NCBI GenBank assembly: GCA_964016885.1
Contig: OZ024743.1
Location: forward strand, 262,074,001-262,138,000
Origin: Eledone cirrhosa
Taxonomy: Eukaryota
Length of the DNA: 64,000 bases
Direction of reading: 5' to 3'
Shown piece by piece: positions 37,604-51,052 of the stretch. The position numbers were made by a program, and so were the translations under genes. The stretch's first letter is position 1. Every line of letters starts with the position of its first letter. The notes beneath the pieces were generated by a model, which was given only the letters and a program-made list of their open reading frames with translations, was not told the DNA's origin and made no database searches.

Positions 37604-38766
37604 TTATTTGATAATTTTTGGTGTTTTTACATGGTTACTGGGGTAGCTGTGACATGAAAAGGAAGGCAAGGCCCTTAACTCTTGATGGAGTCATAGGAGG
37701 CACTGCATTGACATGCAACATGTCTTGGGTATTTTAAACCTGACTGAACCCATCACTCTCCAGGTCAGAACATAGCCGATTTCTTCCAGAGAGAGAGGAT
37801 CAACTCCAGTACTGGACTGGTACTTTATAAACCTCAAAAAGATGGAGGGTAAAGTTGACCTTGGTGGAATTTTAAGTCAGAGAGGTGGAATGAATACCAC
37901 AAACCATTCTAGCCAATGTTCTAATGACTCTGCGAATTCTCTGCCTTGCATTATATATTGCAGGTAGACTAATAATGATATACATATTTACATATTACGT
38001 GTGTTCTTGCAGATCTACATAAACACTTTCATAGATGCATACTCTCTCTCTCTCTTTCATATACATACACACATTCTCTTTCTCTCTCTCTCTCTTTCAC
38101 ATACACACACACACATTCTCTTTCTCTCTCTCTCTCTCTTATACACACATGTATGCATAGAGTATCAATTATTGTAACTGTAGCAATAATACTACAGAAA
38201 AAAAAACACATCTTCCTATCATCACCATCATTATCATCACCATCATCATCATCACCACCACCACCACCACCACCACCAATACCATTACCACCACTATCAT
38301 CACCACCACTATCATCATCATCGTCACCACCACTACCACCGTCATCATTATTACCACCACCACCACCACCACCACTACCATCATCATCATTATCACCAAC
38401 ACTATCACCACCACCAATAACACCACCATCATCATCAGCACCACTACCACCATCATCATTATCACCACCAACACCACCATTATCATTTAATGTCATTTTA
38501 TTTCTTTACTAGTTTCAGTCATGTTATCTTCCTACTAGTTATTTCAGTCTACTCTACCACTGTACATATTTTACTGTTTACTTTATTCATTGAACCATTA
38601 AATTACTGGACCTAAAGGGACACAACATCAACAACAATATCAACATTTAGATCAGTGTAAATATAAACACTTGCACACACACACCCACAAGCACATATAC
38701 ATACATACAATCATTCACCCACACACCCATATACATACATACAAGCACTCACACGCAGACAGACAT

Positions 38767-38799
<33 letters not shown>

Positions 38800-40350
38800 T
38801 TCTCTCTGTCACTCACATACATATACACATGCAATGCACATACATAGATACATGCATACATACACATGCATATGTATATATACATATATACATACAAGCA
38901 TGCATACATACATATACATGCACACACACATGTATACATGCATGCATACATGCATACATACACATGTACATATATACATGCAAACATGCATACATACATG
39001 CACACATACATACATGCACATATGCATATATATATATTCGCACATAAGCATGCACCTATATGTGCATTTTTTTAAAAAGGATTTCATGTTTCCTCTCGAG
39101 TTTAACATTATGCAGCATTGAATATATATGTGTGTTACTATGTATATGTATAGTAGTATATATATATGTATATATTAGTATGTATTAGTATGTATGTATG
39201 TGTGTGTTAGTATGTATGTATATATGTATGCATGTATGTATTAGTATGTATGTATGTGAGGCAGTATGCATGTGTGTATTAGTATGTATATGTATATATA
39301 TGTATGTGTGTATTTGTATGTATGTATTTGTATGTATTAGTATGTATGTATGTGTGTATTAGTATGTATGTATGAGTAGCAGTATGTATGTGTGTATTAG
39401 TATGTTTATGTATCAGTATGTATGTATATGTGCAGCCGTATATGTTACTCTTTTTTTTTGTTGTTCCATGTTTTCTTGAAGCCTTTCTGTGATTTCTCAT
39501 GGGAAAAGCAAAACATAATTATTCTGAAAATATCGATGCCAACATGGAGACAAAGAAATAAAGTTGTTTCCTAAGTTATTTTTCTTTTTCTGTCCTAAAT
39601 ACAATAGCAAAAACCAAATTTACTGCCTTCATTTTTTCATTTGGCTTTAAGCCAGTTTTTATATTGGGTGGGAGTGAGGGTGGGGATACTATAATCAATC
39701 GATATTTAACCCCAGTGTATTACCAATAACCATTTTTGTTGTTTTTGTTAATGTTTTTAATCGAACCAAGACAACTGGAGAGAAAGTAAATCTTATCCCA
39801 ACAGAGTTTAATCTCAGAACCCAAATAGCAGAACTAAACAGTTATAATGTATTTGATCTAACACTATTTACTCTGTGCCAGCTTTCCCATATTTTAACAT
39901 TTGTTGATGTTATTACAGTTTTCTTTCCTTTTAATTAAATAAAACCTGTTCCATATAACTTTTTTTATATGAAAAAGCCCAAAGGTGAAAAATAAATGTT
40001 TTATTTTTAAATCAAATTATCCCCTTTTGATTATTGAGAATGTTCTTAGTTTGTTATTTAAAAATTAGGTTAAATCACATAATTACAAAATGATTTTGGC
40101 AGGCTATTTTATTTAGATATTCCTGCATATCTGTAAAACCAAATTTGTTTTCTTTTAATTAGATTATTCCTTCCCTCTTGATCATTGGGGATACTCTAGT
40201 ACAACCACAATCACCACCACCTCCATCATCACCATCATCATCATCATCATGGCCATATTCATCATAGCCATCATCATCATCATCTTCTTCACTATTTTGA
40301 TAACCATTTTTCCATCCTTGCTTGGGTTGGATGTGTCTTTTCCTATACAG

Positions 40351-40516
40351 CAGAGTTTCCTAAACATTTTCAATCCTTTTTGGTTCAGAAACTTTTGGGG
40401 AACTCCAAAGTCTAATACTCTTATATGGTCGTAATATAGATATACTCTGCTACCTTCCTACCTTTTTTCATGGTACCCCAGATACTTCTTTGCGGAACCC
40501 ACTTTGGGAACCACTG
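40351..40516. mobile_element. hAT MITE
   Basis: TIRs CAGAGTTTCCTAAA / CAGTGGTTCCCAAA; 8-bp TSD CTA(T/C)ACAG at 40343-40350 and 40517-40524. Confidence 0.8.
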
Positions 40517-40519
40517 CTA

Positions 40520-40840
40520 CACAGTATCTTGCCATTTGTTGCACTCCTTTGTAATCACTTTTGTGAGAATCAACATCCTGAGATCAGTCTTTATCTTGGC
40601 CTTCCACTCATATTTTCTTCAGCTTGTGGTGTTTGCAACATTTGGGGGAGCTGGGCTACTGACAACGAGGTTCTTGTCATTGTTGGTGGCTTGTCTTAGC
40701 AACATATCAGGTGATGCCTATGAGGATGCTTCATTATTTCAATGCCTTAGCCTTGCTGTTACCTGCAGCAATGCTGCAAGTGTGTTGGCTTGCCTAAAAT
40801 ATTATTAGAGGGAAACTCCAGCACCCCTCGATGTTGAATG
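40520..40840 (+). mobile_element. CRE-like 3' fragment
   Basis: LVVFATFGGAG...GDAYEDASLFQCLSLAVTCSNAASVLACL; homologous to 9070-9290. Confidence 0.65.
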
Positions 40841-41587
40841 TGCATGTCTTCTTCCACACTTTTCCTCTTTTTTTTAATGAATATCTCACACAAATTGTGT
40901 TTATGTACTAATATAGACATTGTGTTTATCAATAAAAACTCTGCTCTTGAACAAAATAGCATTGAATTTGTTATTCTAGTAGTGACTGTTGTTATAATAA
41001 TCTGCAGAGTATTGACAGAACAATTAGAACATTGGATAAAGTGTTTTGTGGGTTTTTTTCTGGCTCCTTATATTCTAAGTTCAAATCCCACCCAAGTGGA
41101 AACATTACCTTTCATCTTCCAGTTGTTGTAGTGTACATTATAGTGTCTGGCAGAACTGTTATAGTTGTAGTTTAGTGTCTCTGTGTAATAGAATGTAGTA
41201 AGCCACACACACTCTCTCTCTCACACACACAGTCACTCACACACTCATTCATGCACACAGACATACATACTCACGCATACAAACACATACACACATGTCA
41301 TTTTCATTATATACCATCTGTGCAAAATACTATTGACTCCAAAAAGCTCAAACGATTTGGCATTTTCCCAGATGCTCTCTTCTGCCAGACCCAACCAAGC
41401 CATATTCTTCCATTTATGTGTACAATGTCGGGTCATAATGGGAAGCTTGCTTATAAAATGGCGCTTTTGTTTATTTTTTATTTTTTCACTATTGGTGCTG
41501 AAAAAAATACTTTTTTCGGCACCAATCATTAGAGGTCATACAAAATAGCCTACAGTATTTATTCTGGCTTTTTGCATTTTCAGTGAA

Positions 41588-41920
41588 GTTGTGTGGCTTA
41601 GTGGTTAGAGAGTTGAATTCACAATCATGAGGTTGTGAGTTTGATTCCTGGACTAGGAGATGCATTGTGTCCTTGAGGGAGAAACTTCATTTCATATTGT
41701 TTCAGCTCACTCAGCTGTAGAAATTAGTTACGATGTCACTTGTACCAAGCTGTATTGGCCTTTACCTTTCCCTTGGACAGCATCGGTGGCATGGAGAGGG
41801 GAGGCTGGTATGCATGGGTGACTGCTGATCTGCCACAAACAACCTTGCCTGAACTTGTGCCTCAGAGGGTTGTCTTTCAGCTGCAAATCCCATGGTCATT
41901 TGTGACTGAAGTGGGGGAGT
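41588..41920 (+). mobile_element. tRNA-derived SINE (third family)
   Basis: GTGGCTTAGTGG A box and GAGTTTGATTCC B box. Confidence 0.7.
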
Positions 41921-42300
41921 CTTTACCTCTTTACATTCTCAGTTTTAATCATTTTCAGGCCAACTTCACTTTTCATCCTTCTGAGAGATTTGATATAAAA
42001 ATAATAATATACCAGTCAAGTACTGAGATCAGTATAACTGACTTTCTCTTATCCCAAATTACTAATTATGGGCCTAAATTAATATCTTATTATTGACATT
42101 GATGTTGGTGTTGTTTACATTGTTTTTCTTGTTGTTGTCATCCTTTGGGAGAAAAAGACAAAGAAATATTTCTTTATACATATCTATCTATTTCTCTATT
42201 TCTTTTTTTCTCCGTCTCCCTCTCTCCATATCATCATCATCATCATCTTCGTTTAACGTCCATCTTCCACGCTAGCATGGGTTAGATGGATATATATATA

Positions 42301-42820
42301 TATGTGTGAAAGGTAAACAGAAAACAACTCAGCAAATGGTACAGTGTAATGAAGATATTCTAAGGCGGGTAAAATTCCCGAGATCCATGAACGAGCTCTC
42401 TCCAGCGGTCTCCGTCCCTCATCATCGCTGCCATGTCCTGCGTCTCCAATAGACTAGTGTCTGTCCTTAGGGCATCAACATACGTTAACCTTGGTCTTCC
42501 TCTTCTAGTGTATCCATGTAGGGGCTCCCAAAGGAGCACTGAGTGCAATGTCAACTCTGGATGTCGGTGAGCATGTCCAGCTAACCTCAGTCTCCTCTGT
42601 GTCACTTTTGAGCTGACTTTTGGGATGCTCCCATACAGCTCTGAGTTTTTCATCCTCAGTGTATACTGATTAATGTTCAGAGCCATCCTCAGCATTCTCG
42701 TGTAGCACCCATCCACCATCTGAGTGAGTTTCTTGGAATGAAGATATATATTGGTTTTACACTTGATATAATAGGAACAAGGTCTTAATGTTTTGGATGT
42801 TAGTCTTTCATCAGAAATAA
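42301..42820 (-). mobile_element. Decayed copy of the minimal-hammerhead element, split by an RTE insertion
   Basis: Minus strand CTGATGAAAGACTAACATCCAAAACATTAAGA (42783-42814, CpG-decayed); the tail resumes at 42358-42301. Confidence 0.7.
42359..42736 (-). mobile_element. 5'-truncated RTE LINE with 11-bp TSD
   Basis: ORF DGCYTRMLRMALNI...RRLRLAGH..RHPE...LLWEP.HG..RRGRP; TSD AATGAAGATAT at 42348-42358 and 42737-42747. Confidence 0.9.
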
Positions 42821-42871
42821 TATAAAAGGAAAAGCAGAAAGATGGAGGAGCATGAGAAGAGGTCAGTTAGC

Positions 42872-43121
42872 CATATATATATATGTTAGTTAAGTGTGTA
42901 ACAACAGTTACATGCGTCACACCGTTTGAAGCACTTGATGCTGTTATGAAGTCCATTTCATTTGGGTTGTATTCCTGTGTTATGGCTGTAGTGTGTAGAG
43001 TGTAAATAGATTTTAAAGAGTCAAAGTCAGTGTTTGCATATTATAATTGTTTCAGTATCGATCAGCTCAGAGTACAATCAAGGTAATGGGGCTCAACTCT
43101 TTCAGCATGTCATTAGATGTG
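42872..43121 (-). mobile_element. Degenerate long-stem-II hammerhead element with a tail to (TA)n
   Basis: Minus strand CACAT-CTAATGA-(56 nt)-GAA-ACAATTAT-A-ATATG at 43037-43121. Confidence 0.5.
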
Positions 43122-43194
43122 TGAGCTCATATGTCTCTTTGCACACATAAGCTCGCATAATCTATCTATCTATCTGTCTATCTATCTATATTAT

Positions 43195-43580
43195 ATATAC
43201 ATTTTTTTCAAATACCACTTTGGAAGAAGAATCAGGATGGAGAGAGAGGTGCTGTACCCCAGCAAGTTTTATGAAAGGTGGGTGAAAGTGGCGAGAATGG
43301 CCCGAGTGAATGGGCCTTCTCTCTATATCAGCCTGTAGATTGAGGAAAAGGAGGAGGAGAGGAAAGGAGTACAAGCTCTTCGTACTCCTGGAGATGAGGG
43401 TTGCACATTTTTTTGGGGGGTATGTGTTACCCATATAAACTGTCTCCCTCTATTGGGGAAAATCGACTAACTTTTAAATTCCATCTGTGATAACATTTTA
43501 CACGTTTTTATTGTATGTAAACTTCCCCCTTTGTATTTGTCCCCTTCTTTTGTGCCCCTGTGGCTAATAAAGAAATATAT
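43195..43580 (+). mobile_element. Probable L1/Tx1-type LINE 3' end
   Basis: FFKYHFGRRIRMEREVL..SKFYERWVKV then a stop, a 3'-UTR and AATAAA before a TA-rich tract. Confidence 0.45.
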
Positions 43581-44459
43581 ATTATATATACATATCAAAA
43601 ACTCATTAATACAGATTTGGAAGATTTTAATTACATGTTAATAATTAGATATGGTAAAGAAGAAATAATGAAGATGCTACTTTCTTAGGCATTTTTTTTC
43701 TTTTTGTTTGTATCAAAAAAAATTTCTATATAGGGTGGGGAGAGATAGAAGGTCATTTCTATCAAATATGCATATAAAGCCTTCAATTTTTGTTATCTGT
43801 CTCTTTTATCAAATATACACATAATACCTTCATTTCTTTTTCTATTTCTTCTTCATTTTCATTTCTGCCATTGGCTCATTGGTAGTTCTTTCAAATACAA
43901 ACTAATAGGGAAAGGGAAAAGATGTTTTTCTTTTTTTCTCCCATGGGTCACGTTATTTTAGACTGAAGCCATATTTTCATCAGCTTGTGTATAATTTTTC
44001 TAAAGCAAGTTTGTTTTAATGACTAATTTTCCTGCAAAGAACCTATTGGTTCTGAATATTCATGATTTTCTCTCAGTTGATTTCAAGATATGTTCATGCT
44101 TGAAACTAATAAATTAATAAATATATTGTTCTACTGGTTGTGAGTGTATGTTTATGTGTGTATGTATGTGTCTTTGTATGTGTGTTTATGTGTAGTGTCT
44201 GTATATGCTGTATATGTACTTATGTGAGTGTACACAATGTTTATGTGTTGGTACATGTTGGTATTTTGGTGTGTGTGAGTGTGTGTATGTAGTGTGCAGG
44301 GTTTAGGTGATTTGGGGTGTGATATATATATATATATATGTGTATGCATGTGAGTGTAAATATATAAAGATATATATATATATGTATATAAATATATACA
44401 TATGCATCTATATCTATATATATATATATATACATAAGCATCTATAGACAGAAGATCAT

Positions 44460-45860
44460 GGGTGCAATGGTTGGATACTGTCTTGAGACCCAAGAAACTC
44501 TCTTGAAGGCCATTCCAAAGAGGATGTAAGTAAAAATTTCTATTTTCTAAAACACATTGACCGTTGCAATGTGATTGACTACCTTCTGGCTATAACATCT
44601 TTCTAGGTGTCAGGTATTTTGATAACTGTCCAGCAAATTGAGAAGAAATTGAACAGTTTCTTTTGAATATGAATTCCACCATACTTGAAAACCTCAAGAA
44701 GAACAGTATCCCTACTTGGTGTCGTTTTGTTGTAATTTAATACACTAGAATTTTTTCAACACGTTGACGCGTATGCGTATATGTGAGTGTATGTGCATAT
44801 GCATATGCATACATTTATATGTATGAGTATATATATATAAATGCTCAAACACAGACACACTTACAAAAATACATACTGACAGACATACATTCACACAAAT
44901 AAACATACATTCACACAAACACACACACACACACACATTGTGTGATGGACAGAAGTCGCTCAAATTTGTATATAGATTAATCACAGATGTAATTTCACGA
45001 GCTGTTGGGATCATGTCCAATTCAAGTGTCAAAGGAAGCATTGGGAGTTTATAAACTGCAGAATGGTTCAGTTGGATTGACATGATTCAGAAGTCCCTGA
45101 AAATGCCCTACCTATCAATCTAGTATATGTGTGTTTTGTCTTTGAAAAGTTGATTTGAGTCAGCTTTGTGTCCTTCTGGCAGGACCAAAAATACTCTTAA
45201 TTGTATCATAAAACTCATAGGTTTTGGCTTTGTTTTTATCACTAAAGTACTGGATTTCACATGCTTCTGCAATCCACTAAGCATTTTAGATTTCTCTAAG
45301 TGTACATTGCAGTTTAATCTGGAACATTTCCCAGGTTTCTAGATAGAAGAATCAACTTAAGTTTGCAAGGTGAGCTTTGGAAGGCTTGAACTTCTCTTCC
45401 AACAATTAGGTATTATCTTATCAGTGCCCACATCAGACCAGTCAGGCTTTTTTATTTAGATATTCCAAGAATTTCTCTCAATGTTGATTACAGGTTTTTA
45501 AGTAATGAGCTCCAAAGATCTTCAATTTCAGTTTTCTGGTTGCAGTCACTGTCCGAGAAGGGAATGATATACATAACCATGACAGAAGTTTATTCTGGAA
45601 TGGTTTTGGTGCTTCCCCATGATGCTATATCATAACAAGATTTGTACAAATAAAGTACAAAACAGAAGATGGAACAAACAATACAATGTTCCATCCAATA
45701 CCACACTGCACCTCTCATAATTCTAGTTAGGAAGACATTGTGAATATCAAAGAGACAGACAATTACATAATCCATGAGATACCAATATCCTGACTGCAAA
45801 CGGTTTTCTGCTTGGAAGTTCATAATAAAGAATTTTTTATTTTTTGCACAAAAGGAAAGC
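44460..45860 (-). mobile_element. RTE (BovB-like) LINE 5' part, APE C-terminus to early RT, degraded
   Basis: SGYWYLMDYVIV...TRIMRGAVW; LPLTLELDMIPTAREI; EVFKYGG. Confidence 0.65.
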
Positions 45861-45959
45861 AGCTATAGCTAATTTCAATTCATGTTGTTTATGCCATGGT
45901 TTCCAATTACATGGTTCCTAATCACATGGTTCCAGGGTGTTGAATTCTAGACCACATGA

Positions 45960-46780
45960 GCAATAAAGTCCCCCAAAAGCATTGACCATGGTCATTTATG
46001 AAGTGCAGTATGCAGATGATGCATCTCTACTTTCAGACAATCTACAAAGAACTGCTGTGCCTCTAAATTATGCTAATTGGCAGATGGGACTGCAGCTAAA
46101 TGCCTTGGGGACTGTTACATTGGCAGATGGGATTGGAGTCAAACACCCTGAAGACTGTCACACTGCAAACATCTTTTGGGCATATTCATCCACCTCCCAT
46201 CCGCATTTCTGTCAAAAACCAACTTTTAGACCATACTTCTTTTTGTATGTATCTTGAGAAAATCATTGCTAGTGATGCAACATTGACTGAGGAGCTTAAT
46301 AACAGAATCAAGCAGACCTTTTCTATATCCTTGGAATCATTTTGAAGGACAAAATTCCTCATACTTAAATTCTGAAGTGTGCTGAATCCATCAGTGAGGA
46401 AGCAACAATAATGAAGAGCATTTTTGAATGACATAAAGAATGTACTATGGTGAGTTGACGGAGCAAAGACTTTTCATCAAGATGGTGGTCCTAGGAAGTA
46501 TTGGGAAGATCAACTGAAGAACATCTTCACTGCCTGTGTATTCCTTACTAAAGATCTTAAAGGCTTTGCTCCAGGTTAGACAGCATGGTAAAAGGTTGTC
46601 TATGATGAAGTGCAACAGTTCAAAACTGAACACTCAAAGCAGTAGGTTAATGGAAGGGCAGTGTCTTACCATTTCCACATTCAGTCACCCAACCATAACA
46701 TTGAGACTTTTTATCTGTGTCTTGGCTTGTCTCCAGATCTGTCTATCACATCTGTGTAGTCATCTTACGCATGGATGATA
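45960..46780 (+). mobile_element. RTE (BovB-like) LINE 3' part, degraded
   Basis: EVQYADDASL, YLEKIIASDATLTEELNNRIKQ, GGPRKYWEDQLK. Confidence 0.75.
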
Positions 46781-47388
46781 TATTTGGTGGAGAAGAGCAA
46801 CGTCATCATCAAATTGATAAATGGCCAGTCAGTCATATGTAAGCACCACATACATATTGTCACATATATACTAATACACATAAGTACATGTACACATTCA
46901 CACACACACACACATACATATACATGCACATATACATAATATAGACACCACATACATAAATAAATACACAAATATACCAACACACATAAACAAACCATAC
47001 AAATACATCAAATGAAAGACTTTAAACAAAAACAAATGTTAATGGTTGTCATAATCACAGAGAAGACGATATCATTATATTTTCCCTATTGAAATATTTC
47101 TTAAACTGTTTTGATGAACAAAGCAATGTCTGTCTGTTTATCTGTATATTTTTATGTATGTATGTTGTTGTTTATATGGTTATTTTTGTTATTTTTATGG
47201 GGTGTAGAGGTTAGATATTAAATACAACCTTCTGCATCAGAATGTATTGATTGGAGTTTTTCATCCTTTGAGAGCACTTCTGTGTTTGGAACCTTGTCTT
47301 AACATTTCATGCAGAGCACTCTGAGGAGTCATGTGAGGTGGAAGTCTGTTTATGAATATCAGGATGGTCACAGCGAGAACACCTTTAA

Positions 47389-47596
47389 CCCTTTAGCATT
47401 TAAACCGGCTGTATCTGGCCAGAATTCTCTCTCCTCTCTCTGTTCAAACTGGCTGTAACTGGCTGCTGATATTGATGTTAAAGTATTGTTCTCAAAATAA
47501 ATAATATGAAAATCTCATAGATTCGATATTATGTGAGGTAAAGTGTTTACCACTAAAATACAATAGTATATATAGAATAATGTAAATACTAAAGGG
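47389..47596. mobile_element. piggyBac-like MITE
   Basis: TTAA-CCCTTTAGCATTTA ... TAAATACTAAAGGG-TTAA; second copy at 60201-60816. Confidence 0.85.
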
Positions 47597-47936
47597 TTAA
47601 TCATTGGTCTACTGAATTTGGACTTACCTAGGGCTAAAGACAATAACAACAACAACAACACCAAAGAAGCGTGAGGGTTGTTTGCAGTATGAAGCAACAG
47701 AGAAGAGATGACACATTACATGCTACCATAGAGAAATAGGTATTAAAACAATGATGATGACAATGATAATCTTTCTCTGACCATCTAGAAATGTGTTGCT
47801 AAGTGATGTTGTTGTCTAGCAACAGTAGCACAATTTATAAACTGGAGACAAATATTTTTTTCAGATCTTATCATTTTTCTGGAAATATGATAAGATCTGA
47901 ATATATATAAATATATTTTTTAGGAATCATCTAACT

Positions 47937-50200
47937 CAGGGGTCACCAAACTTTTTTCACAGTGGGCCGGATAACTGAAAGAATGACGAGCGCGGGCCGC
48001 ATAATCATTCTGTTCAATACTTGCAAGCCAGAATAAAAGCTCTGGGAAAAAAGACGAAACACTACGTTTAGCATTCCATGTTAATCATGGGTGAGTGGCG
48101 TGCAATGCACAAAAAACAAAGACAACCAACATATTTATTTATTAAAAAGTTATCAAAGAAGGCGATGTTAGCAAAAATATAGTTACATCAGACCTAGTGT
48201 GCACATATCCGAATCTTACAAACTAAACAGCAAAAAAGGTTAGTGAGATTTGTGAAACTGACGTTTGGCTTTCAAGATATCATCAATGTTTGGTTTGAAA
48301 TTGCTGCATCCAATCAAGAGAATTGCTTTCAAATGTTCATCAGTCAATCTCGTTCGATGTGTTGACTTCACATACTTCATTTTTGAAAATGTTTGCTCAC
48401 AGACATAAGTTGTTCCAAAAAAAGATGCCATACCAGCGGCAAATTTCTTCAATTTCGGAAACTCAACATCAGGTAAGAAGCGGTAAAATTCAACAAGTTT
48501 TCCTTCTCTGTGCTTCTCTTTCAACAAGTCTTGCAAATCAATGAGCTCCAACTGTAGTTCAACTGGCACATCATCAAGGTTACAATCAAACGGATTCTGT
48601 AACAGAAGAATGTCACTCAATTATGTCGAGATCTGAAAATCTCTAAAAAAAATGCTTCTTCAAGTCACGAATAATCTTTTTAGGAAAATCGAGGTTGACA
48701 TCTTCAGCAATTGTAACGCAAAACTCTTTGAAACAGTGAAAATAAGAGAAGTTTTCTCTTTCCAGTTGTGCTTCAAACAATGACAGCTTTCTCCGAAATC
48801 CTTTGATGATTCTGTAGAGATCACAGACGAGGTTATCCTTTCCCTGAAGTTTCAAGTTCAGTTCAATCATGTGGGATGTGATGTCGACCAAAAATGACAA
48901 CTTTGATAGCCAGGTAGGATCTGACAGCTGTGGATCAGCTCTATCTTTTTCAGCGAGAAAAATATCTATTTCGTTTTGGAGCTTGTAAAACGAAACAGGA
49001 CTTTACCGCAGCTGAGCCACCTCACTGCTGTGTGATAAGGTAAGTCACAGAAATCAGAATCAATTTCTTCAAGAAAAGCCTGGAACTGACGGTGATTGAG
49101 TGCATGTCCCCGAATGAAGTTCACAGCAGAAACGACTGGTTTCAGTACACAAGAAATATCCAAGTCTTTCCCACAGAGTGCTTGCTGATGTATGATGCAG
49201 TGTATGAACAGAGCACCCGGAATTTGCAAATCTTCCAACTGAGTCCTGATCTGCCGACCAGACCCTTCCTCACTCCAGCCATGTTTTTTCCTCCATCAAC
49301 TGTAACACCTCGAAGCTGATTCCACTGAAGGTTATAGTCTTGCAAAGTTTTCTGCACTTCCATGAAAATGTCTTTTCCAGTTGTTGTTCCATGCATGCAG
49401 CAAATGGATGCCAACTCTTCCGTTATCTGAAAGTCCAAATTGACACCACGATTGAACACAAGAAGTTGTGATGTACTCGAGAGATCAGTAGACTCATCCA
49501 GCGCCAGAGAAAACCACAAGTTCCTAGCTTTCTCGCGTATCTGTAGCACTATGGTCTCTCCAAGTTCTTCTGTTCTCCGCACAATTGAACTTGCCTAATG
49601 CCTGATACTTCCAAACAAATCGGCTTTCTCAGGACACAAGTCATTTACTGCTTCCATCATACACTCTTTGATGAAGTTGCCATCAGTAAACGGTTTTCCT
49701 CCCTCTGCCAACTTATGCACTATTTTGTAACTTGTACGAGTGACAGATTCATTTTCAGCAAACTTTCTCGTGAAGAGATTTCTTTGAGTTTCTAAACCAC
49801 GTTTCATGGACTCATATTTCTCAGAGCGTAACTTTCCAGAAAACTTTGAATATGTTGATAGATGTTTTGTTTCATGGTGATGCCGAAGATTGTACTCTTT
49901 CAAAACGGCAACACTTTTGCTGCATACGACGCAACTAGCTTTCTGGTCCTTTGTTTCCACAAAGAAGTACTTTACTCCCCATTCTTCATTGAAAACGCAA
50001 CACTCGGCGTCCACTTTTCTTTTCTTAGTAGCCATAATAAAGGGTGAAGAAAATGGGATCTGAAAATGAAAAAGACATTGAATTAGAAACATCTCGTGTT
50101 CCATCCGTTTTATCACGCAAATGCAAGTACCGTTGGTGGGCCTGATGAACTGACGTCGCGGGCCTAATCCGGTCCGCGGGCCGTAGTTTGGTGACGCCTG
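47937..50200 (-). mobile_element. Complete hAT DNA transposon (Charlie/Buster group, OC1/SPIN-like); transposase 48240-50035 frameshifted
   Basis: 16-bp TIRs CAGG(G/C)GTCACCAAACT; perfect 8-bp TSD ATCTAACT; BED finger CVVC...HHETKH, LALDESTD, TVDGGKNM, HCIIHQQALC, VRWLS, TTYVCEQTFSKMK. Confidence 0.96.
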
Positions 50201-50679
50201 ATCTAACTCATTCCATTTTTTAAATCAAAACTCTTACCCCTTTCTCTCTCTCCTTTTTCCCATCTCTCTCACTCCTCTCTTTCCTCACTTCACTCCCTTC
50301 TATCCCCCCTCCCTCTCTTTCTTCACCTCACTCTCTTTCCACTCCACTCTCCCTCTCATCTCTCTGTCTACATGGATTGTTTGCAGCCATTCCTTTCTAA
50401 ATCAAATGAATTACCTTCCTGAAACATAGAATTCATTTCTTGTATCATTGAGTGAGAAAGGGGCCACCGCAACTTGTGTTGCCATTATGCAAGTGTGACT
50501 TTAATAAATTCCTTAATATACATATATACATATATATATTTATATATATATAACCAGAATCAATTTTGTATGTGCAAGACATGGTCACCTGACCTAAGCA
50601 TTGCTCACAATAGGACAACTCGTCTAACCCATGCTAGCATGGAAAAATGGACATTAAATGGTGATGATGATGATATATG

Positions 50680-50720
<41 letters not shown>

Positions 50721-50962
50721 ATGAAATATTGTGTACAGTGCTCAGGTGCACTACAACTCATCAAAAAGTGTATGTATAGTACATAGGGTAATGTACAAAC
50801 ATTGATATATATATACACACATATATATATGTCTGTGTGTTTAATGGTAGCTATGATGCTTCCATAGGCGGTATGCCAGTTGAGCACTCTATGTTCTTAC
50901 AGAGCGGAGTGTGATATAATATAAAACGAAAAATCAGTGATGCATCTGGACTCAGTTTATTG

Positions 50963-51052
50963 TGTGTTACAATTGTTTCGCCGGCAGATAGCTTGAGACA
51001 GGATCATTGTATGGATCTGTCTGATTCTAGATCTGCAGGTTCTTCGGACACA
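50963..51052 (-). ncRNA. Type I hammerhead ribozyme motif (U4C variant, long stem II)
   Basis: UGUGU-CCGAAGA-ACCUGCAGAU...AUCUGCCGGC-GAA-ACAAUUGU-A-ACACA. Confidence 0.7.
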
